DNA from: Octopus vulgaris
Taxonomy: Eukaryota
Length of the DNA: 64,000 bases
Direction: 5' to 3'
Assembly (NCBI GenBank): GCA_951406725.2
Contig: OX597839.1
Span: 38,378,001-38,442,000 of the forward strand
Shown: positions 1 through 13,705 of the stretch, one piece after another
Position numbering within the stretch: the stretch's first letter is position 1
Layout of the letters: every line of letters begins with the position of its first letter
Notes under the pieces: generated by a model
Seen by the model: only the letters and a program-made list of their open reading frames with translations
Told to the model about the DNA's origin: nothing
Database searches by the model: none
Program-made: the position numbers and the translations under genes

Positions 1-297
1 TTAACCAAAACCGGGTATCTTATAGTCGTGATTCATATAGAGACCGTCTGGGTATTAGCGCGCGTCTACGATGAGTCTACGATTTAAAAAAAAATTTACC
101 ATTATTTTTTCCATTTTAATGCATTTTTATCGCTATTATATAAGGGAAGTAACTCTCTAAAAATGTCGACGATGAGTCAACGATTTAAAAAAATTACCAT
201 AATTTTTTTTCCATTTTTAATGCATTTTTTTGCTATATTTTGGCTATAACTCTCTAAAAATGCTTACAAACCCGAGCAACGCCGGGCGATACTGCTA

Positions 298-298
<1 letters not shown>
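1..298 (+). mobile_element. Non-autonomous Helitron, 3' part (cut by the window edge)
   Basis: Ends CCCGAGCAACGCCGGGCGATACTGCTAG|T (subterminal hairpin plus CTAG); same family as 19284-19589 and 46046-46356; has an internal ~105-bp duplication. Confidence 0.8.
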
Positions 299-344
<46 letters not shown>

Positions 345-725
345 AGGCGCATGGAAAGTGAACAATGTATGAGTCAGATACATGCTTGCGTTTGTATGCA
401 GGGGGAAAAATCAGGTGTAGTGTTGGCCAATCTCAGGAAGCATGGAAGTACCTGTTAAACTCTGGGGTCGATACAATTGACTTACCCAATTTCCATAAAA
501 TTTCTGGCCTTGTGCCAAAATATGAAATCAATGTTTTAAAGTGAAGAATTTTGTATCAGTAAAAAGTATGAAATATTAAATAATAAAAATGAACACGAAA
601 TAAAAGTTACTCAACATAGAGTCACAGGTATATAAAGAGAGTATGGCTATAAACTGGGTGAGTATTTCAATAAAACAAGTTTGTCGTTATTAAAATATTT
701 AGGTCTTTCTTTTATTTCTAGATAA

Positions 726-1140
726 GGATCTTTTCGGTTTGAACGGCAGTTTTTTTAAATAATTTCCACGTAACTAAACACTTTTAAACTTCGTATAGTG
801 ATAGAATGTGTTTATAAAACATCTTTTTCTCTTGGCTTTATTGAGAAAATCCTATGTGTTTGTAGGATATTTGTTGTTGTTTTTCTTCAATTTCTGCAAT
901 TTCAACCAATCAATGACGTCTATTGAGGTAAAAAAAAACATTCTGTGCCGTATGAATATGTCCCTCGTTTAAGAAACAGATTGGGTTTATTTACATTTGT
1001 GGAGAAAAAATATACCCTTCCTCCACCCCTAACCCTAAAACAGATTGAAAAGCAATAGATCGATACTAGGGTCATAATTATGGGTGACAATTTCATATAA
1101 CACCGCTAGAAAAAAACTGCCGTTCAAACCGAAAAGATCC
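726..1140. mobile_element. MITE with GGATC... termini and 8-bp TSD (Merlin-like)
   Basis: TIR GGATCTTTTCGGTTTGAACGGCAGTTTTTTT / AAAAAAACTGCCGTTCAAACCGAAAAGATCC; flanks CTAGATAA / CTAGATAT (7 of 8 match). Confidence 0.85.
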
Positions 1141-1689
1141 CTAGATATTTCTATAAATTAAGAAGGGCCGACGTCCCTTTCTGTGGTGGGTTGGGGATTG
1201 TTGTGAACCCAGTAACTTATACGTCATGGAAACTGTGTGAAGCTCTGGCCCTGAAGCCTAAAACTTACAACAAATCGATGTCCTAACACTTTCCCCGGTG
1301 TTGGCCTCGATAGGATTCGAAACCAGAACGAAAGACCTGGAATAACATAAAAAATATTTTCGTTGATTCACTAACGATCTTTTGCCAATCCATCAATTTC
1401 TAAAAAATATTAGCGATCAGCAAATTGTTGCATTGCAAGACATTTTGTGGTCAACGGGAAGTAACTCGTAATAGGAAAAATTTGCTAAATCTAAGGGAGA
1501 CAACTCTAAAACTTTCCGACTGCAGATAAATTCATGGAAAATAATGATGTCGGTAGTGTTTGTTATAACACTGCTGCTGCTGCTGCTGCTTCTGCCGTTG
1601 TTGCTGCTGTCGTTGCTGCGATGCTGCTGCTGCTGCTGCTGGCGGTTGTGGTGATAGCGGCAGCGGTGGCGATGAGGAGAGAGATGGCG

Positions 1690-3590
1690 ATGGCGAGAGA
1701 GGTGGCGATGGTGGAAGAAGGTGACGGTGGTGGGAGAGGTGGCGGTGGTGGGAGAAGGTGACGGTGGTGGGAGAGGTGGCGGTGGTGGGAGAAGGTGACG
1801 ATGGTGGGAGAGGTGGCGATGGATGGAAGAAGATGACGGTGGTGGGAGAGGTGGCGATGGTGGAAGAAGGTGACGGTTGTGGGAGAGGTGGCGGTGGTGG
1901 GAGAAGGTGACGGTGGTGGGAGAGGTGGCGGTGGTGGGAGAAGGTGACGATGGTGGGAGAGGTGGCGGTGGTGGGAGAAGGTGACGGTGGTGGGAGAGGT
2001 GGCGGTGGTGGGAGAAGGTGACGGTGGTGGGAGAGGTGGCGGTGGTGGGAGAAGGTGACGGTGGTGGGAGAGGTGGCGATGGTGGAAGAAGATGACGGTG
2101 GTGGGAGAGGTGGCGATGGTGGAAGAAGATGACGGTGGTGGGAGAGGTGGCGGTGGTGGAAGAAGGTGACGGTAGTGGGAGAGGTGGTGGTGGTGGGAGA
2201 AGGTGACGGTGGTGGGAGAGGTAGCGATGGTGGAAGAAGATGACGGTGGTGGGAGAGGTGGCGATGGTGGAAGAAGGTGGCGGTGGTGGGAGAGGTGGCG
2301 GTGGTGGAAGAAGGTGACGGTGGTGGGAGAGGTGGCGGTGGTGGAAGAAGGTGACGGTGGTGGGAGAGGTGGCGATGGTGGAAGAAGGTGGCGGTGGTGG
2401 GAGAGGTGGCGGTGGTGGAAGAAGGTGACGGTGGTGGGAGAGGTGGCGGTGGTGGAAGAAGGTGACGGTGGTGGGAGAGGTGGCGGTGGTGGGAGAATGT
2501 GACGGTGGTGGGAGAGGTAGCGATGGTGGAAGAAGGTGACGGTGGTGGGAGAGGTGGCGATGGTGGAAGAAGGTGGCGGTGGTGGGAGAAGGTGACGGTG
2601 GTGGGAGAGGTGGCGATGGTGGAAGAAGATGACGGTGGTGGGAGAGGTGGCGATGGTGGAAGAAGGTGGCGGTGGTGGGAGAGGTGGCGGTGGTGGAAGA
2701 AGGTGACGGTAGTGGGAGAGGTAGCGATGGTGGAAGAAGATGACGGTGGTGGGAGAGGTGGCGATGGTGGAAGAAGGTGGCGGTGGTGGAAGAAGGTGGC
2801 GGTGGTGGGAGAGGTGGCGGTGGTGGAAGAAGGTGACGGTGGTGGGAGAGGTGGCGGTGGTGGGAGAAGGTGAGAAGGTGACGGTGGTGGGAGAGGTGGT
2901 GGAAGAAGGTGGCGGTGGTGGGAGAGGTGGCGGTGGTGGAAGAAGGTGACGGTGGTGGGAGAGGTGGCGGTGGTGGAAGAAGGTGACGGTGGTGGGAGAG
3001 GTGGCGGTGGTGGGAGAATGTGACGGTGGTGGGAGAGGTAGCGATGGTGGAAGAAGATGACGGTGGTGGGAGAGGTGGCGATGGTGGAAGAAGGTGGCGG
3101 TGGTGGAAGAAGGTGACGGTTGTGGGAGAGGTGGCGATGGTGGAAGAAGATGACGGTGGTGGGAGAGGTGGCGATGGTGGAAGAAGGTGGCGGTGGTGGG
3201 AGAGGTGGCGGTGGTGGAAGAAGGTGACGGTTGTGGGAGAGGTGGCGGTGGTGGAAGAAGGTGACGGTGGTGGGAGAGGTGGCGGTGGTGGGAGAATGTG
3301 ACGGTGGTGGGAGAGGTGGCGATGGTGGAAGATGACGGTGGTGGGAGAGCTGGCGGTGGTGGGAGAAGGTGACGGTGGTGGGAGAGGTGACGGTGGTGGG
3401 AGAGGTGACGGTGGTGGGAGAGGTGGTGATGGTGGAAGAAGGTGACGGTGGTGGGAGAGGTGGCGATGGTGGAAGAAGGTGACGGTGGTGGGAGAGGTGG
3501 TGGTGGTGGGAGAAGGTGACGGTGGTGGGAGAGGTGGCGGTTGTGGGAGAAGGTGACGGTGGTGGGAGAGGTGGCGGTGGTGGGAGAAGT
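1690..3590 (+). repeat. G-rich minisatellite, ~37-bp unit (GAAGGTGACGGTGGTGGGAGAGGTGGCGGTGGTGGGA) built of 18-19-bp subunits
   Basis: Directly visible tandem array of about 1.9 kb. Confidence 0.95.
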
Positions 3591-4564
3591 AGCGGCGGCG
3601 GTGTTAGTAGTGGTGATGGTGGTAGCGGAGGCGATAGCAGTGGTGTTTCTGGTAGTGGTGGTGGTGTTGCTGGTGCCGGTACTATAACGTTCTGAGTTCA
3701 GATTCCGCCGAGGTCGACTTTGCCTTTCATCCTTTCGGGGTCGATTAAATAAGTACCAGTTACGGGATCTTTTCAGTTTGAAGGCCAGATTTTCCTAGTT
3801 AACTAAACAATTTGAAACTTCGTATACTGGTAGAATGTGTCAAAAGAAAACATAATTGTAAACCAAAATGAAAACGGAATTGTAATTTCTAAGTTTAACG
3901 TTGTTTAATAATTCGAATTTTAACCAATGGTATTCTTTCTTTCGACCTCATATTATTTACTGCCTCTCAAAATATTGTTACTGTGACGTAAACAGCTATT
4001 TTGTGACGTAGTTAACGTAAACATGTAAACAGACCTAGAGATTCGTTTGTAACGTAAACATCCGTTCATCGTAAATAGCTAAATTCGCTTGGCATCGTAC
4101 ACAGCTTTTTCAGTTCCCTAGAATTATATTTGAAAGAATATAAAAAGAAAAAGATTCATACGCATAAATATCCATCCTTAGACATCAGAAAATGAGTGTT
4201 TAAATTATTTTCCATTGTTTGCATTGCTTACACATACACACACATACTAACATTACATCGTTGGAGCAGTAATTTATTTATGTATTTTTTGTTAGCCTCA
4301 GGCCAACCAAAGCCTTGTGAGTGAATTTGGTAGACGGAAACTGTGTGTGTGTTTGTCCCCCCGAAATATATAGAATTACTTTAAAGAAGTGTTCGGGTCG
4401 AAACAAGTAAAAGAATAAAAGAAAGAAGTGTTCGGGTCGAAACAAGTAAAAGAATAAAAGAAAGAAAAGAAAGAATATATATATATATATATATGTACAT
4501 TTTTACTTTTATATACATATTTATATTTATTGCATATCTTTTACTTATTTATATTTATATATAA

Positions 4565-6000
<1,436 letters not shown>

Positions 6001-6290
6001 CACACACACATGCACACATACAAAGATAAATTGATAGATACAACTGAGTGGGCAAACAAAAATATGAGACATAGCCTAGTGCTTTTTTATGTTGATAAGC
6101 CTAGTACTTACTCTATTAGTTTGTTCTTGTGAAACCAGTAAGTTATGTGGATGTAAATAAGTGAACAGCAGTTGTGAAGCAGTGATGAGGGTGAAACACA
6201 GAGACAAAGACACACACATACACTTACATATATACATACATATATATACGATTTATTTGTTACAGTTCCTGTCTACGAAATCCATATATA

Positions 6291-8769
6291 TTGTTGTTGG
6301 CATCCTTTTTGTCTCGGGAGACAATGGAGTTGCGCATAAAATAATCTAGTCCGGCTTTTACATTTCATGTCCTAATACATCTCTTGCTGTGGCTGTGTAG
6401 TCCTATCCGGGACAAACACTCCCTCTGGAAGGTGCCGTAAATGTAGCGAAGACTTTGCCTGACTGGTTGTAATGTCATAGTTTCTTGTTGACGTCTTTTC
6501 TTGTCTTTCCATTTCTCCTTTCTCACTATGTCACTCCTCTGTGTTCCCTCTTTTACGGTACGTCGCCAATCTCCACGGTTGCTGGCAACTGCTTCCTTGG
6601 GGATTCTGCCATTTGATGCGATGGATTTTCCGGAGACAGCGCAGGTGAAAGATATTTAGGCGACGTATGGCGTCGTATGGCGTGTGTATGGCGTCAAAGT
6701 CATACAGTAGAGTGCTAAGTACACATGCCTGGTAAATCTTCATTTTTGTGGTCTTGGTCAGCTTATTGTTGTCCCATGCGCGTTTGGTGAGTTGGGCCAT
6801 CACAGCAGCTGCCTGGCCAATGCGTATATTGAGCTCAGCATCAAGAGATAGGTTGTAGGTGACGGTAGAGCCAAGATAGGTAAACTTCTCCACCTCCTAT
6901 ACTCTGTGGTCTCCAATATGTATGTTTGGGATATCCGATGTAGCCTGACCCATGATGTTCGTCTTCTTGAGGCTGATAACTAAGCCAAAGTTGCCAAATG
7001 CTTGCTCAAAACAGTTGCTGAGCCTTCGTAGGGCTTCTTCTGTGTGTGATACCAGAGCGGCATCATCAGCAAATAGCATCTCCTTGATCAGGACGCTTCT
7101 GAGATTTTGGTCTTGGCACGCAGACGCGAGAGATTGAACAGTTTCCCATCACTTCTACTGTGCAGAAACACTCCATCATCTGATGTCTCAAAGGCATGTG
7201 ACAGCAGCAGCGAGAAGAAGATGCCAAATAATGTAGGAGCAAGGACACAACCTTGCTCTACCCCATTTTTTATTTGGAAGGCGGCTGATGTTGAACCATT
7301 GTGCTGTATGGTGCCTTGCATATTAGCATGGAATGATTTGATGATCCTCAGCAGCTTTGGTGGACATCCGATTTTTTGGAGCAGGATGAAGAGGCCTTTT
7401 CTACTTACCAAGTCAAAGCCCTTTGTCAGATCAATGAAGGCCATATATAATGGCATGTTCTGCTCTCTGGACTTCTGAAGTTGGCGTATGGAGAATATCA
7501 TGTCAATAGTTGATCTGCTTCTTCTAAAGCCACACTGCGATTCTGGATAAATTCGAGAAGCAATTAGTTGCAGCCTGGACAGGATAATGCGAGCAGAGGC
7601 CTTTCCAACTGTGCTTAGAAGAGATATTCCACGGTAATTGTTACAATCATCACGGTCACTTTTATTTTTGTAAAGCGTAATGATGTTAGCATCCCGCATA
7701 TTCTGAGGGACTGTACCCTCTTACCAGCACTGACACAGAAGCTCATGAATGTGCCGAAGCAGGATGGTGTTTTTGCCGGTTTTGATGATCTCTAAGGGGA
7801 TGCCGTCTTTTCCCGGAGCCTTGTTACTTGCTAGGGAGTCAATAGATTTGGTGAGCTCTGCTATAGATGGCAGACTGTCAAGTTCACACATGACTGGCAA
7901 GATCTTGACACCCTCGATTGCAGCCTCAGCTACCGTGGTCTCTCGTGAGTAGAGATCCTGGTAGTACTCCATCCATCTATCCATTTGCTTGCTTTGGTCC
8001 TTGATGAGATCTCCAGTAGTTGATTTCAGAGGGGCTGAGGTGGTTGCGGATGGACCGAGGGCCTTCTTCAAACCGGCATACATCCCACGGGTGTCGCCAC
8101 TGTCAGCATCTGACTGGATACTCTGACAGATTTCCTGTCAATACCCATTTGCACAGCGTCTGGCAGTCAGTTGGGTTTTATTTCTTGCCTTTCTGAGTTC
8201 TTCGAGTGACTTTGTAGAAGAATCGCTCTTGTATTGCATCAGAGCTGTACGCTTTGCTTCGATAACTGTTTCCAGCTCTGAGAGCCCAGCACTGAACAAA
8301 ATCTGGGTTTTACCTTTCTCTCATTCCGAAAGTATTTATTGATGTGGTATACAAAGCTTCCCTGATATAATTCCACCTACTTTCAGCAGAGGAGGTTGGG
8401 CAGCTACTGAGGGCAACCTTGATAGAAACAGCAAAACATTGTCGCAGTGTAGGTCCGAGGTTCTGGCAGTGTTAATGCGTGGTTGGCTCATTTTCTTGGA
8501 GTGATGGACTTTTTAGGCAGAATCCTCGCCCTTCTTATTAGTGAATGATCTGTGTCACAATCCGCGCTACGGGTCAGTTGAACAGAATTCAGAAAGGATC
8601 TTCGTGTAATGATGAGATCCAACTGATGCCAGTGGTGAGATCTTGGATGTCTCCAAGATACCTTGTGGGATGTCTTGTTGGGAAAGAATGTGTTGGTGAT
8701 GCACAGGTTATGGTATGTGCAAAATTCAAGTAGTCTCTGGCCATTGTCATTCATGTTGCCAATACTAAA
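6291..8769 (-). mobile_element. RTE-clade LINE, 5'-truncated, degenerate (frameshifts and stops)
   Basis: ORF fragments with APE C-terminal motifs (NGQRLLEFC, SWRHPRSHHWHQLDLI, DCDTDH), RT motifs (NYRGISLL, ESQCGFR, FIDLTKGFD, GVEQGCVLAPTLF, LFADD, FTYLGS) and a (CAA)n 3' tail at 6291. Confidence 0.92.
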
Positions 8770-8833
8770 ACACATACACTTACATATATACATATATATA
8801 CGATTGATTTGTTTCAGTTCCTGTCCACGAAAT

Positions 8834-8921
<88 letters not shown>

Positions 8922-9648
8922 GATAAATTGATAGATACAACTGAGTGGGCAAAAAAAATGTGAGACACTGCGTAGAGCTTTTTAAATTTTGATAAGCCTG
9001 GTACTTATTCTATCAGTTTCTTCTTGTGAAACCAGTATGTTATGGGGATGTAAATAAACGAACACCAGTTGTGAAGCAGTGATGAGGGAGAAACACAAAG
9101 ACACACACACAGACTTACATACATACATACATACATATATATACGATTGATTTCTTTCAGTTTCTGTCTACAAAATCCACTGACAAGGCTTTGGTTGGTC
9201 TCAGGCTATAGTAGAAGACACATGCCAAGTTACCACACAGTGGGACTGAACTGAGAACCATGCGTTTTGGAACCATAAGAATACTTATGCATAAATCTAA
9301 AATCTTAAATAATTTCTTTGTTATTGTAGTATATATCAGTAAAAAATGGAATATTCCCAAAATTGCATGATTAACTAAATGATTTTCATTTCTCATTTAA
9401 ACGTGGCAATCCTCTTGAAAATATGATACTTATTCATCGATACCACTTGGATAATCACCATGTAGTGCCTTCGTGAACATCGATACTCAAAAACGAAACG
9501 TGAGTTTTTTTTCTGAAATAGTGTTGTTGAATTGAAAGTTAGTAGTTTATTGTTGCTGTGTAAATATTGTTATTTTGTGTCTTTTTAATAAGACGGTTAG
9601 TGGCCTTCGCGCGAAGGTTGTGTACGTAGTTCCCCCCGTGGGGGAATT

Positions 9649-9748
9649 NNNNNNNNNNNNNNNNNNNNNNNNNNNNNNNNNNNNNNNNNNNNNNNNNNNN
9701 NNNNNNNNNNNNNNNNNNNNNNNNNNNNNNNNNNNNNNNNNNNNNNNN
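9649..9748. other. Assembly gap (100 N)
   Basis: Run of N. Confidence 1.
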
Positions 9749-12488
9749 TGCTTCAGCAACTCTGAGCGTGAAAAAATGTTTCCGAAAGTCATGGGAGCTG
9801 TATTGTTTTCTGACTTTGTAGGCATGTCCACGTGTGTTAGACACATGGAGATCAAAAAGGTGTTCAGTGTTGTTGTTGGTGAGGTGGTTGATAACTTTGT
9901 GGGTGTTTACCAAGTCCGTCGCCAAACGCCGGAGCTTCAGTGAATCTATGCCCAGGGAAACAAGGCGCTCAGAATATGGTAGGTGTCTGATGGAGGGTAT
10001 GCGTTTGGTTGCACGTCTCTGGACAGATTCCAGGAGGTCAATGTTCTGTGCAAGATAGGGGTTCCAAACTGATGATGCGAATTCCAAGTGTGGTCGTACC
10101 ATAGCTGTATACAGTTTTAAATAGATGGCTGGAGAGCGGCTAACAAAAGACCTGCTGAGTGATGCCAAGACACCCTCGGCCTTCCTGACAATCTTAGAGA
10201 TATGCTTTGACCAACGCAAATCACTGCTGACAGTGATGCCTAGGTCACGCTCGCAAGAGGATTTCTTGATATCAGTGTTGTGGAGGGAGTATGTGAACGC
10301 AGGGTTTTTTCTCCCAAAATGCATGGTGGTACACTTGTCCACAGCCAGTTTCAGTTGCCAGTCTGTGATCCATTGCTGCATTGTGTCTAGGTCTGATTGC
10401 AGGAAAGAGTTGTAGACATCAGGATCTGTCCTCTTGATTTCAAGGTACAGCTTGATGTCGTCTGCATATTTCAATACTGTGGCATTCCTTAAATTGGCAT
10501 CTATGTCGTTAATGTATGCCACAAACAAGAGGGGGCCAAGGACAGATCCCTGTGGTACACCCGATGACATCTCATATGGTGTAGAGTGCTGTCCTAGAAC
10601 TGTGACTACCTCCTTTCGGCTGAGGATGAAGGATTTCAACCAGTTAAAAAGGTCATCCCCCACACCCATTGCAGAGAGTTTCACCATAAGCCTTTTGTGT
10701 GGCACAGAGTTGAAAGCCTTAGCAAAGTCAAGGTAGACAACATCCACCCATGAGCCACTGTCAGTAATCTGAGTAATGTCCTCAAGGAACTCGACAAGCT
10801 GGTCACTGCAGCTGGAGTTAGGGACAAATCCATATTGTGAGGGTCGGATGAGACTGTGAGAGCTCCAGAAGTTCCAGAGTGTTTCTCTGACACACGATTC
10901 CATCAGTTTTGCAATACAGCTAGTGAGACTGACTGGGCGATAGTTGACAGGTGATGTGCGGTCGCCCTTTTTGAACAGAGGAATGACACTGGCAGTTTTC
11001 CACTGCTCCGGAGTAGCACCATTGTTGAGACAGTACTGGAAGAAAATAGAAAGCTGGTGTAAAAGGAAGTGCCTGCCACGTTTGAGAAGCAGGTATGTAA
11101 CTCCATCGAGACCAGGGGAGGCATAGTTGCGCTTATTTTGAAGGTGACGTCGCAGCATTGCAGGTGTAAATTCCATAGTTGTTATGGAGTTTGCTGTTAG
11201 TGATGGTGAAGATGGTACATTTTGACTTTCAACAGTGAATATGTTTGCATAGCACTCGGCAATGAGTTCTGCGCATTCCTTGGGGTCGTCAGTGATCTGG
11301 TTTGTGTGAGGGTTGTGAAGAGGGCCCACTGGAGAGTGAGGTCTCTGCTTTGAGTGCACATATTTCCAGAAAACCTTGCTGTCAGGATTGGCTGCTATGC
11401 ACTGTTCAAATTCAAGCACTGCTTTTTTTGTCACTTGCTTGAGATGGTTGGAGGATTTATTCCGCTTCTTCCTGTTGGTGTCTGATTTATGCAACCTGTA
11501 TTCCCGTTCAGCAGTCCGACGTTCCCTCCTGGCAAGTCGGACCGCTGAAGTTTCCCAAATTGCCCTTTTGGGGCGGTTCTTCTTTTTTTGTTTACGTGGC
11601 ACTGATGCTGCACATGCTGCCCATATTGAGTCCAGGATACTCTGGAGTATAGTATTCACATCTCCAGAGTTGTAGAATTCACGCCAGTTTGGGTGCTGTA
11701 GTTCAGTGTGGTACAGGTTCCAATCTGCTCTCTTCCAATCGAATGAAGCAGATTGGAGATGGTTCAGGTTTTTGTTGCCCGCAAGAGCCAGATTGGCGAT
11801 GATCATAGCATGATCAGAGTCACCTAGAGGTTCCTCCGTAGTGCAATTGATAACCGCTTCAGGAGTTGTGGTGAAGAGCAGGTCCAAGGTGTTGTCGCCT
11901 CTTGTTGGAGAGGTGACTACTTGTGACCAGTTTGAGTCCAGCACAAGCTCAACAAAATCGTTTGCACTCTGTGGCCAATGGAAGGTCTCCCAATCGATCT
12001 CAGGATGATTGAAATCGCCTGCAATAAACACATAAGTGGCTGTTTTCCTGGCAGCAGCTCGGAGGACATTGCAAAGCTGTGTGTCCCGATGGTAACTTGG
12101 GGGACGATAAACAACGCCAAGCAGGAGTGTTGACATGGTCATACGCACGTCACAGAAAAAAACTTCTTCTTGTGATTCGTTCAAATCGGCACAAGGAATT
12201 ACCAAAAAAATTTGAACGAACGTAGACCATCACACCACCACCACGGCGGTTAGTGCGGTCCTTACGGAAGAGGTTGTACCCCGTAATGTTGAAAACCCCA
12301 TCACAGAGTAAGGAATGCGCCCATGTTTCCGTGACAGTGATGAAGTCAGGGTCAACACTTCTGACGTAGGCGTTGAACAAATGTATTTTGTTGCATAAAC
12401 TGCGAGCATTTAAGGACAACAATTTGTACCCTGCTCGCAGTTTATGATGGTGTGTAGAGGATGGCAGGTTGTTCTGGCTTAGTTTCCC
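9749..12488 (-). CDS. LINE ORF2: apurinic-like endonuclease plus reverse transcriptase; one extra base in the T7 run at 12204-12210
   Basis: LSLNARS, ITVTETW, RKDR...GGGV (ORF 12150..12422) continue after a single frameshift into VYRPP, GDFN, LDL, SDH and the full RT (ORF 9539..12205). Confidence 0.9.
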
Positions 12489-13705
12489 TGAGTTGCTGTA
12501 GTTTTAGTTATTGTGGGTAGAGAGCACTCAGACCAGCTGGTATCTCTCTTCCACGTTTCAGCAGTCTTGACAAATCTCCAGATTTGTCCATCTTCCCGAA
12601 GACTGAAGCTTTCCTGTAGAGCTGAGTTCCTATTCAGGGAAGCCACTACACGTAGCTTTGGGCGTACATCGGACGGTAAGCCTGGGCGTGTTCGGAAGGT
12701 GGTCCGATTTTCCCGCCCAGCTTTAACTGAGGCCAGATGGTAAGAGGTTGCCTCAGTGGGGTCCGTAAAAGACAACTTGATGAGCCTAGGTTTTGGGCCA
12801 GGTCGTCCAAGGCGGATAGCACCCGTTGGGGGAACGCAGCCTAGGTCTTTGGCTGAGTTGGCAGCAAAAGCCTGAAGATTAGCCATGTCTTCTGGCACCC
12901 CAATGGCAATGACTTCATGGGTGGCAGAATCCGCGGTCTTAAATGCGACAAGAGGTACAGGTACAGGGAGGTTCTTTAGCAGAGCATTCCGATAAGACCC
13001 CTCATTGTGGAGTCCAACCTGAATGGTTGCTTTTATTCCTGCTACTTCCCCTTTTAAAGCACAGATCGATTGTTGCAGTTCTGCAAGAACCGCACTGGTC
13101 AATTGGTGTTGTTGTTGTTGCTGCTGTTGCTCTGGTTGTGGTTGATTTTGTTGTTGCTGTTGTTGTTGTTGATGTTGTTGTTGCTGCTGCTCTGGTTGTG
13201 GTTGATTTTGTTGTTGCTGCTGCTCTGGTTGTGGTTGATTTTGTTGTTGCTGCTGCTGCTGCTCTAGTTGTTGCTGCTGCTGTTGTTGTTGCTGTTGTTG
13301 TTGCTGCTGCTCTGGTTGTGGTTGATTTTGTTGTTGCTGCTGTTGCTGTTCCGCCTCCTCCACGGGAGTGGCAGGGGGAGACACAATCGTCGGTTGTGGA
13401 GGCACGCAGGCCTGACACTGAAAAGTCCAAGATTTAAGCTGAACCATCTTCCAGAGTCTATCCATCATAGCATTATGATGGCTCTTTTTTTGGCCTGGGA
13501 TCTTCTGAAAGTCCGTGGCACATTGGAGGCAGACAGAGATGAGACATGTCCCACATTCGACCCAGCGATTACGGAACGTATTTTCGGGTTCCGTACAGAT
13601 GTGGCAGGTGTGATTTTCTGGGCAGTGTTCTATTTTAGAGCAGCGACCAGTCTTATCGCACGCCGCTATGGATTTCACCATGGCGATTCTGTTGGTTCTG
13701 GTCAT
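12479..13705 (-). CDS. LINE ORF1 (408 aa): PHD-like zinc finger, polyglutamine tract, coiled coil, RRM-like C-terminus
   Basis: CHIC...WVECGTC...CLQC...WTFQCQAC spacing; QNQPQPEQQQQQ repeats; LQQSICALKGEVAGIK heptads; IRLG...PRLIKLSF motif as in LINE ORF1 proteins. Start taken at ATG 13705. Confidence 0.85.
   Translation of the reverse strand: MTRTNRIAMVKSIAACDKTGRCSKIEHCPENHTCHICTEPENTFRNRWVECGTCLISVCLQCATDFQKIPGQKKSHHNAMMDRLWKMVQLKSWTFQCQACVPPQPTIVSPPATPVEEAEQQQQQQQNQPQPEQQQQQQQQQQQQQQLEQQQQQQQNQPQPEQQQQQNQPQPEQQQQQHQQQQQQQQNQPQPEQQQQQQQHQLTSAVLAELQQSICALKGEVAGIKATIQVGLHNEGSYRNALLKNLPVPVPLVAFKTADSATHEVIAIGVPEDMANLQAFAANSAKDLGCVPPTGAIRLGRPGPKPRLIKLSFTDPTEATSYHLASVKAGRENRTTFRTRPGLPSDVRPKLRVVASLNRNSALQESFSLREDGQIWRFVKTAETWKRDTSWSECSLPTITKTTATQGN

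Noticed and set aside
1534-3301. Gly/Arg/Trp-rich ORFs
   Set aside because: Products of a 37-bp minisatellite that cycles through frames.
9539-9748. C-terminal extension of the 888-aa ORF beyond the N run
   Set aside because: Artefact of translating through the gap; the family's true end is seen at 31080-31180.
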